In this document: piece by piece, positions 54,616 through 64,000 of the stretch
Numbering within the stretch: position 1 is the stretch's first letter
Layout: every line of letters starts with the position of its first letter
Translations under genes and position numbers: made by a program
The notes under the pieces: generated by a model
Seen by the model: the letters and a program-made list of their open reading frames with translations, nothing else
What the model was told of the DNA's origin: nothing
Databases searched by the model: none
NCBI GenBank assembly: GCA_002269645.1
Contig: NIVC01003008.1
Span: 33,305-97,304 of the forward strand
From: Macrostomum lignano
Taxonomy: Eukaryota
Length of the DNA stretch: 64,000 bases
Reading direction: 5' to 3'

Positions 54616-54676
54616 AGTTGCAATATCTGGAGAACTGCTTGACTCTGTTGCAACAGTCTTTTCCTGATTATTGTGA
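54616..54676 (-). CDS. Ataxin-2-like gene, internal exon (HNNQEKTVATESSSSPDIAT)
   Basis: Acceptor ttttccccctttag|T and donor ACT|gtgagt; phase 2 to 0, compatible with both neighbours. Confidence 0.7.
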
Positions 54677-54767
54677 CTAAAGGGGGAAAATGATTGCTAA
54701 GTAAGATTTTAAGAATTCACAAACAAAAAAGATAAAAAAACAATATGAAAAATGACATTCTACTCAC

Positions 54768-54843
54768 TTGACATCATTTGAAATGCTGCAATTACTCTCT
54801 GAACCAGTAACAGACTGCATGACAATTGCTGCTGTATTATCTA
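54768..54843 (-). CDS. Ataxin-2-like gene, internal exon (DNTAAIVMQSVTGSESNCSISNDV)
   Basis: Acceptor ggcttctag| (NAGNAG) and donor TCAA|gtgagt; phase 1 to 2; 91-nt intron to the next exon. Confidence 0.6.
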
Positions 54844-56690
54844 CTAGAAGCCAAAATGCAAGCTGACAGTCTCTTAAGAGTCAAAAATAGTTTAAGCTGC
54901 TGGTAGATACAATGCTTAAACCAGATGGTTTCAAGAGCAGCATGAGAAATTAAGCAAATAAATAGTACACAGATTTTTTAGCATATTATAAATAATTCAT
55001 ATCATATAGTTTTTATCATGAATGCTAAATTTTTATAGAATTTTGATTATGCTTTCATCTTTTTTAATGAATAGCTAAAATACTTTATATTCTGTAATAA
55101 GGTTTTGAAAAATCCAAAACTTAGCAAAGATCTTCTATTAAATTTATAATAGGAAAAACTACAAAATTTACAATTATACTTAAACAAGAAGTGGACTTGA
55201 CTTCTATCCACCCACACATGGCAATTTGGGTAAGTCCTCTTTTAAAAGAGATCTTAGGTCTTGCAGTCCTCATTGTTTTGCAGGCCAGTTTATTATTTAC
55301 TAATCTAAATAGTGACAAGGTACAAGACAAGGTATTGTATACCTTAATTCTAGATTAAAAACTTGTTGCCTTTGTTGCAACAGAAGCTTAGATACTGCAG
55401 ATTGACAAACAAATCACTGCCTTTGATGGCATACTTTCTATGAATCATAACATTATGGGCTTCTAATTAAGTATGAGTAAAATTAGCTCGTAAATACTTA
55501 AATGCATATAGTAATGCAGACATGAAATACCTAGTAATCTACTAAAGCTCCTAATATCAAACTTTACCAATAAACACAATTGCCTGCAGAAAAAGCACTG
55601 CATGCCATTTTGATACTTAGTTAGGACTTTCAAGCCAAGGTTAGTCAGTTAAAACATTTCCAATTAGTGACTCACTAATGAACTGTGGTTTTAAAGCATA
55701 ATATAACAATTATAAGATTCAAGAAGCTAGAGCAATAACAAAAAGAATAAGAAGCAAAAGAGAAAAAAGAAAGCTCTGCAAGTGGCAGAGTTAGTGAAGG
55801 CTACAAAGTATTCATATTTGTTGGCAAGTTCCTTTAAAAAAGTAGTCAGAGCAAGGAGGGCTAGTTGTGAGAACTGACATAAATTGCTACCAAGAAATGC
55901 AAAGAAACTAGGCCTCTGTCTTCTAATAAGTGCAAATAAAGACAAGCAAACTATAGAAATAAAGCAAAAGATTTTGTAGAAAGAGTGCCTAACCTACTAA
56001 GTCCATAGTCAAACAAACCTATGCATCTGAATTCAAACAAATACAAAAGCACTAGCATAGTGTCAACTAATAGGCCTATTCAAGGAAATAAAAATGATTT
56101 GATCTAAGGGGCCACCGTAGTGCATGCTAATTAAGATGACGAACTAACCCTAGTCAAGGTGAGCACTGCAGACATCCTAGATGATGAAATGGCAAATGAC
56201 GAAATGACTAAGAACCCTATAAATATACTTAAGTAAAAAATTTGCCTGTTTTACCCCACTTTTACTATATGGCAGATGTTTTTACACAATTACTAAACTT
56301 GTGTACAAACTAAAGGTTTACAATTGCAAATTTAATTATTATTATTATTATCAATCAATGAAATAACTAAGAGTAAGACTGTCTAAGTTTAAATTTATAA
56401 TTGTTTTATTCTGTTTAGCCTAGGCCTAATATTAATAATATACCTATATATTTATTAGGTCTAGGCTTAGGCCTAGCACCTAGGCCTATATTGTTTTTGA
56501 TTCTATTGATATTCTTATTATTAGCCTAGGCCTAATTATCTTTCAAAGCCTAGGCTATATCTCTTTAGAGACAGCCTAGAGCCCACTTTGGTAATAGACA
56601 CTTTGGTAACAAAGTATCTCCACTTTAGTAACAACACTAGCCTTTGCTTTTGCAGGAATAGAGATTGCAAAATCCTAGTTTAGTTTTTTG

Positions 56691-57949
56691 CCACACTCAG
56701 GATCATGTCATGTATGCCAGAAATTTCTGGCGCACATTTGGGACAGCTAACGTACACTTAGTGCACAAAATTTTTAAAAAGGTCCTCTGACATACACCTT
56801 GGCATATATACAATTGGTGCACACTGCATGGCGCACATGCATGGCGCACACTGGCTGGAGGAAGCTGTGCCATGGCTATTGCGAAAGACAAAATCAAAGA
56901 ACATAAAGTACATGAAGTGTGAAATTTTGCACAACAATGATATAACAATGATTTCGCAAATAAATTGTAATGACAATTGACAACCATTGCTTCATTTAAA
57001 ATATTCTTTAAATTGTGTTTTATTTCTCCTTTTTATTCTTTATTTTTGAAATTAAAAACATTAATCTGCAAATCTTTAATTTATAATTTTTACTTATAAT
57101 TACACAAACATTACAACTTACAATATATTGCAATTAGGATTTAGGACTGGCGCACCTGGTGCACTTGTGCATTTTGCCTAGCATACCTGGCAGGCTGGCT
57201 GGCGCACACCAAAAAAATTTTTGGGATGGCTTCTGGCCATAGTCAGGAAGGTGGCAAGTGCATGCGGGAATCAATTTATGGAAAAATCCCTGGTGCACGC
57301 CGATGTACGCCAATTTTTTAAAACCCTTAACATGACGTTTCTGTTGCATGCCAAAAATCTTGAATACCAAAAATCATGTATGCCGAAAATTGTGTATACC
57401 GTATTAGATACTATTTTTAAATAAATTTTCTACTTACGTTAAACAAAGTTTATATAGAAAAAGGAAATTCGCTACAAAGAACATAGTGAGTATCAAAAAC
57501 TTTTTCTTCACATTTCAAGAAACAAATAAACTAAAAGTCTACAAGAGTCACAAAATAAGAGTGTTTAAAAGTTATTGGATATTTTAATTTTAATGTAGGC
57601 TGTAGAGTGTAGGCCTGGCTATAGGCTAGGCTGTAGCCTCAACTAGTTGGTTTAATCAATATTCAAATTCAATTGTTCACGTTTAACTTTATATATTGTA
57701 TATATATAGTGTATACATCTATATCTGACTTGTTGATATACTGTCAGTTTGTAATTGCATGCCAAGGTTACATGCCAAGTAAAAAACTTGTACGCTGAAA
57801 ATTTAGACGTGGCTTGAGACCCCTATTTGCACGCCAACTTTGCACGCCAAAATTTTAGCGTGGCTTGTGCACGCGGGAAAATTCCCGTGTGCAGGCCACC
57901 TTCCTGAGTATGGGCTTCTGGCGCACACTTAGCATGATCCTGACTATGG
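56691..57949. mobile_element. MITE-like element with TIR CCA(T/C)A(G/C)TCAGGATCATG (outer element of a nested pair)
   Basis: Inverted termini share TCAGGATCATG and subterminal GCCAGAA; no TSD seen. Confidence 0.65.
57237..57913. mobile_element. 677-bp MITE, TIR CCATA(G/C)TCAGGAAGGTGGC, 8-bp TSD GCTTCTGG
   Basis: TIR matches 18/19; exact direct repeat GCTTCTGG at 57229-57236 and 57914-57921. Confidence 0.88.
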
Positions 57950-60900
57950 GGGCCACATATTGTGATTGTCTATAAGAGCATGCTAGTTTTTCTGCCAATT
58001 AGGATCACAAGACACAAACTTTTATTATAAGCTCTAAATTACACAACATGAAAAACAAAACTTGCATCAGAATGCATCCTAATTAAAACTGATGTGTTTT
58101 TTGTCTGTCTGTATGTATCTTGCAAGTGAACTCCTACAATAAACTATAAATTTGACAAGCCCTAAATTTCACAAGCCCTAAACTTCACAATGCCTAAAAA
58201 CACTATGGAGATTGGAGATACAATTTTTCTTCTACAATCCTTTTACAATATTTCTGTATCTCCATCTGTATCTCTGTATCTCTAAATAAATTTGGTTAAC
58301 AGTTGTTGTTGGGTATGTCGTAGTTCCAGGGGCATATTTATTTGGCCTGTATGCGAAATCCTACAGTTTCTAACGTTTCAACATCACGCTAGTCGCTATG
58401 CAATATTGGAGACCTCAGACGTGCACTGAAGCAACAGTAAGGTCTGTGAAGCTGATTTTTATATATATACAGACTTTAGAACGATTTCAAAAATCGTTCT
58501 ACATTTAATTGTTTTTGCTAAATCGATCTTTTTGGTATTTTTTTCTTATCGGGAACGGGAACTGTAACTAAAAAACCGGTCATTGTATATATAAAAATCT
58601 TTTAATTATCTAACTAAGTTTTAAATTTGAAAAATTTATTAGAAAACAATTATTTAAATAAAATATTAAAACAATTTCTTCCAATACCTTTTTACACAAT
58701 TTGTAGATCCTAAATGCAAAAAAAATTTCTAGAAAAAATTTTATAAATTATTTTAAACGTGTTAAAATTTTCGTTTTGAGTCTATGAGAAATTAAGTTTC
58801 TAGTTTAAATATGTCGCGTTCTGATACCAGTCGAGATGAGGAGGCTATGAAAAAAGGGGAAAGGTACAAGAGTAACAATGAAGGTATCATAATAGCAAGG
58901 AAGGTATGAGACTAGGAAGGAGGTAGTGACTGCATACCCCTCTTTGCGATAACCCCTCTAGGAAAGGAGGAGAGTAACAATAATGTTACGATCGAGTAGC
59001 TTGAGTAGATTGAGCTGCAGCAGGCATACCTTGCAGGCAGAGGTGAATATAGGGGGGGGGGGTTGGCGGGGGGCCGCCCCTTTTCTTGAGGCTGGCGATG
59101 ATGGCGCCCTGTTTCCTTTTGCTTTAAAACGTCCTCACACACGTACCGCCCTCAATTCGCTCGATCAGTATGGCGCCCCCGGCCCCTTTAGTAGTGTGTA
59201 CATGTATTGCATGGCGCCGTGTTATATTATATGGACGTCGTCCACTGTATAGGTATTTAACATTGTCCGCTACATGCAATTAAAGGAATCAATCTGTTGG
59301 ATTTACATGTACACATGTGTAAAGGTAATGGCGAAGCTATATTGAACCACCAACAACCGGAACCCTGCATCTTTAAACGTTTTGAGAATGCGTTAGAATG
59401 ATATTGTCATTTGTGATTATAGTACCAGTACATGTAAGTCTGAAATTTGACCCGCTTGTGAGATACCCTGCTGCTTTTACGATCCCTCCAAATGTCATTT
59501 GGAGTATCTGTGGTGGTCTGCAGTGCTTGACGCGCGCATGACGATCTATCTTCCGAAGCTTTTCGCCGCCTGTGTTAGGTAATCCCCCATCATCATTCAT
59601 TTTCTCTGCTGCACCCGATCCAAATTTCTTGTCAAATCACAGCGCGCGCGGCTGGCGGGTTACGTCAGATCATCAGGGTTGCTTTGGTTAACGGATGTCA
59701 AGGACATACAGGACGTCAATTATGGCATTCAATGTCATGCCAAGGCTATAAATAGGAGCCCGTTTTGAGCCCTGAGTGGCATCGTATGCTGCTTGGTGTC
59801 TTAATTATAATTTACTGGTTTTCTTCCCCTTGCATCGTTTTGTTTTCTCACGGGATCGCCGCGCGATCTCCCCCTAGTAGGACCAAGTCAATCTCCCATA
59901 AATATATACTCTAATTATAGCTATACAGTTGGGTCCGCGGAAAGGGTCCAAATTCCCGCGAAACGGCCGCGGAATTCCGTGGAAAACTGCAGTGTGAAAT
60001 GCGCTCCTATTGCATGGCTGGGCCGATGGGGATTGGATGGACCAAATTCCTCCTTGACATGCTACTTTTTCCTTAGTAGCACATTATGAACGAGATTTAA
60101 AGTGAAGTAGAATGCTCTATGCTTCCCGCTTTAACGCCCTTAAGTTTACCTTAAGTCTCGGGCCTCTTCTTCCGTGGGAAGTCTTCGTAGCTCTTCGTAG
60201 CGTACATGTAGGTAGTGCTGCCACCAGTTCCTTCAGGTCTCGGCCTTCGATGAGGTGAGCTTCCTGTCGGAACGAAATAAACAAGTCAACGAACTCAGCA
60301 CGACGTGCAGATTTGCAGCTCAGGCGTCTCGTCAGCAGTACCTGCCGGGCTTGGTTGGTACAGGGAGGGCTGTGTTAGTCTCTCTTAGGCTAGGGTTGGC
60401 TTTAGTAGGGTCGCAGTCAGACCAATAGGAGAGAGAGCTCAATATACGCAAACACTTAGAGAACGGTCGCTCAGCACAGACACTCAGAAACGCTGAAAAC
60501 TAGGAACTCCTTGACGGAACAAGGGGGAGAGGGGTCCTATTTATAGCGCGGGATTCACCTCTGGCCCAATATTGCACAAGATCTCGTGACTCGTTCTATT
60601 TTTAGAACTGACGTCACTTGGGGTCTTCGGGCAGAGTACACGCGGCTGTGATTCAGTAGCTATTTTTAGCAACATGAATCACTCCTCTCCTTAGAGAAGG
60701 GAGGGGCCTTAAGCACGTGACTCTCCCAGTAAACAGGACCAGCGAGTGCAATAACTTGTTTACTGCACTTTAGGACTCCAAGAACGAGAGGCCTGTCATC
60801 ATGTCATGTGACTGGCTCACATGACAGGAGAAACAGAGACTGACGAAACAAAGACAGCCCACAGCAGAGAAGCTGAGCGGTGAGAAACGAAGGGCAAACG

Positions 60901-61283
60901 GGCAGAGGTAGGGAAGGGAGGAGCAACAGACAGCCAAAAGGAGGGAGGCGGGAAGCTGACCAGCGGCAGACAGCAACCCAGGGCGAGGGCGAGGGCAAGG
61001 GCAACTGCTGACAAAGTGCGACGCCTAACACTAAACTAGCGGATCACTACAAAAGCCATACTTGCTAGTTATCATATAGCCTTAAGTGCTTGAATAATCT
61101 TTGACTAAATTTTTTAAGTCAGGCCATTACGTCACCGAAAATCAAATGCTGAAATATTGAAGCGCTTTTTTATTAAAAACAAGGAGAGAAACATAGAGAT
61201 GGAAGGAGAAGGGGCGGCATAGAAAAGGAGAGAGGAGACAGAGAGAAGAAGAGAGGCGGCAGGGAGAAGTGAGAATGAAAGAG

Positions 61284-62727
61284 GAGAGAGGCTGTTTGGG
61301 GTCCGTTGCCCTCCCGCAATTATAAAATGCATACAAAGTGAGTGATATTTTTGCAAAGGTTTCAAACTAAAAGTTTTGAGTATCTCTTTTTGAAGCCGCC
61401 GCTAAGCAATAATGAGAAGAAGGGAGAGAAAGAGAGAAAGAGTGAGAGAGAGGGAGAGGGGGTATTCTTGAAACTCTGGGAAGGGATTCACCCTATTGGG
61501 AGGTAGGGAGGCACGGAACACCAGTGAGAAATGGTTTCCTCCAAGGTTTTATCCGTGCACAATGTATAAAAATGATTCCACATGCACATAGCATATCCAG
61601 GGGACAATTGAGTCCCGTAGTCTGTTTTGTTTAACTGAGCAAAGGTATGGATGCAAAGCATTAACAAGCATTAACACGAAAGGTTTCAATCCCAAATCCA
61701 AATACTCTTGGGTCCCAAACCGACCGCCCACGGGATGACGCAATTATATAGGCCCGCAAACCTTTCTTTTCTTTTGGCTTCTCTCTGCCAGTCATTTACT
61801 GAGACATTGTTGTCACCGATTGCGAATTCTTTTCTGGGAGTCTATGGAGAACTAAATGTGAGTCATGGAATATTTGATCAGCAAAATTTATCTAGAGAAA
61901 TCTAGAGATACGAGCAATTCGAGAAAAATCGAATATACAGTTGTGAGCGCGGTAAGATGACGGTAAATTACACTTAGATTTTCGTGTTTTTTACTCAGCT
62001 GTCTTTAGAACGAATCCGTCTGAGTTGGTCAAATCTGTCCCATTTTGGGAGTGTGAGACGTGTGATGTGAGACTTCTATATCGCCTGTGTGTTCTACGAG
62101 GTTTATGAAGCTCGAGTTCGCTGTCACGGGCAAAAGCAGGGAACCAAGGGAAAAGGAAATTCGCAGAGTAACTCCCCGTGCCCCTCACCCCATCTCGAAT
62201 ATCGATCGATCTGTGTGAGGTGGTCGGAGGGTGACTGAAAGACGGCCTCTTCTCTTCCCAGCCTTTTTATCTCGCTGTTTAGTCATGTAGTGAGGCCCTG
62301 CCAACTATACCCCCATTCGAGTTCTCCTCTCTGCTTTCTATTGTTCGCCATTATTTGGAAGGGATTTTTAGTTCTTCTTGCCCTGTTCCATGCACATAAA
62401 ATAGTTTTCATTCCTGATGTACATGCAAAGAGGCGCCTCACCAACTATAGAAATTCCGTGAGCGCGAAGGAGGCCAGCAAATAATTCGATGATGCCCTAA
62501 TAATTTTTATAAGCGATACAACCCCGTCAGGATACGTTGATAAATGACTTGAATTTTTATCGCACCGAACTTGCGTGATCATAGTATGATCTCATTCCTG
62601 CTGATGGCAGCTTCAGAAGGCGGGAAGAGATACTCAACACTTGTAGTTCGAAACCTTTGAAAAAAGATCACTTTGTATGCGTTTTATAATTGCAAAAGGG
62701 CAACGACTCACACAAACAGCCTCTCTC
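61284..62727. repeat. Inverted pair of about 135-bp diverged copies (61284-61417 and 62590-62727), each joined to a GA/CT-rich tract
   Basis: Shared blocks GAGAGGCTGTTT, CGTTGCCC, GCAATTATAAAA.GCATACAAAGTGA, CAAAGGTTTC.AACTA.AAGT.TTGAGTATCTCTT and AATGAGA in opposite orientation. Confidence 0.8.
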
Positions 62728-64000
62728 CTCTCTCTGCCACATCTCTCTCTCCCTCTCTCCTTCTCTCTCCTCTCTCCTTCTCTCTCCTCTTTTCTCTCTC
62801 TCTCCTTCTCTCTCTCCTCTCTCCCTCTCCTTCTCTCTTCTCTCTCTCCTTCTCTCTCCTCTCTCTCTCTCTCCTCTCTCCTTCTCTCTCCTCTCTCCTT
62901 CTCTCTCCTCTCTCCTTCTCTCTCCTCTCTCCTTCTCTCTCCTCTCTCCTTCTCTCTCCTCTCTCCTTCTCTCTCCTCTCTCCTTCTCTCTCCTCTCTCT
63001 TCTCTCTCCTCTCTCCTTCTCTCTCCTCTTCTCTCTTCCTCTCTCTCCTCTCTCCTTCTCTCTCCTCTCTCCTTCTCTCTCCTCTCTCCTTCTCTCTCCT
63101 CTCTCTTCTCTCCTCTCTCCTTCCTCTCTCTCTCTCTCCTTCTCTCTCCTCTCTCCTTCTCTCTCTCTCTCCTTCTCTCCTCTCTCCTTCTCTTCTCTCT
63201 CCTTCTCTCTCCTCTCTCCTTCTCTCTCCTCTCTCCTTCTCTCCTTCTCCTCCTCTCTCTCTCTTCTCCTTCTCTCTCCTCTCTCCTTCTCTCTCCTCTC
63301 TCCTTCTCTCTCCCTCTCTTCTCTCTTCTCTCTCTCCTTCTCTCTCCTCTCTCCTCTCTCCTCTCTCCTTCTCTCTCCTCTCTCCTTCTCTCTCCCTCTC
63401 CTTCTCTCTCCTCTCCCTTCTCTCTCCTCTCTCCTTCTCTCTCTCTCTCCTTCTCTCTCCTCTCTCCTTCTCTCTCCTCTCCCTTCCTCTCTTCTCTCTT
63501 CTCTCTCCTCTCTCCTTCTCTCTCCTCTCTCTCTTCCTCTCTCACTTCTCTCTTCCCTCTCTCCTTCTCTCTCCTCTCTCTTTCTGTCCTCTCCCTTCTC
63601 TCTCCTCTCTCCTTCTCTCTCCTCTCTCCTTCTCTCTCCTCTCTCCTCTCTCTCCTCTTCCTTCCTCTCCTCTCTCCTTCTCTCTCCTCCTCTCCTCTCT
63701 CTCCTCTCTCTCTCCTCTCCTCTCTCCTTCTCTCTCCTCTCTCCTTCTCTCCCTCTTTCCTTCTCTCTCCTCTCTCCTCTCTCTCCTCTCTCCTCTTTCC
63801 TCTCTCTCTCTCTCTCCTCTCTCCTTTCTCCCTCTCTCTCTCTCCTCTCTCTCGCTTCTCCTCCCCTCTCCTTCTCTCTCCTCTCTCTTCTCCTCTCCTC
63901 TCTCCTTCTCTCTCCTCTCTCCTTCTCTCTCCTCTCTCATCCTCTCTTCCTTCTCTCTCCTTTCTCTCTCCTCTCTCCTTCTCTCTCCTCTCTCCTTCTC
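62718..64000. repeat. Polypyrimidine (CT-rich) degenerate repeat running off the window
   Basis: Direct reading; dominant 18-bp CTCTCTCCTCTCTCCTTC-type unit. Confidence 0.97.

Noticed and set aside
59373-59600. ORF with TFGGIVKA as a possible ataxin-2 LSm exon
   Set aside because: Similarity is limited to a few residues and I found no compatible splice sites in that frame.

Overview
Eukaryotic (metazoan) genomic window with spliceosomal GT-AG genes; there is no prokaryotic signal. About a third of the window (roughly 22 kb by my tally) is tandem repeat, in some 30 different arrays. The mix of GC-rich exons, about 90-nt minimal introns and repeat-inflated introns resembles a repeat-rich invertebrate such as the flatworm Macrostomum (inference only). 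Four protein-coding loci are supported. (1) A minus-strand IgSF cell-surface protein (signal peptide, V-set, C2-like and I-set-like domains) runs from 29840 off the left edge. (2) A plus-strand tubulin-tyrosine-ligase-like gene, closest to TTLL10-type glycylases, spans about 31477-34689; its catalytic domain is intact but its 5' half has unresolved frame breaks. (3) TADA1 (SAGA subunit) has 6 phase-consistent exons at 37461-48516 and a 503-aa product. (4) The 3' exons of a minus-strand PAM2-containing, Ataxin-2-like gene lie at 53598-54843. Mobile DNA includes a mariner remnant, a MULE remnant, a tRNA-derived SINE, a fold-back element and two nested MITE pairs with CCA termini and exact 8-bp TSDs. 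Nearly all long ORFs in the supplied track outside these genes are translations of tandem repeats. The most intriguing spot is the second Ig exon: it has no normal acceptor, abuts about 0.9 kb of (ACAG)n, and has a complementary (CTGT)n tract just upstream in the same pre-mRNA. I found no convincing wholly novel multi-gene system; the best leads are listed with tests.
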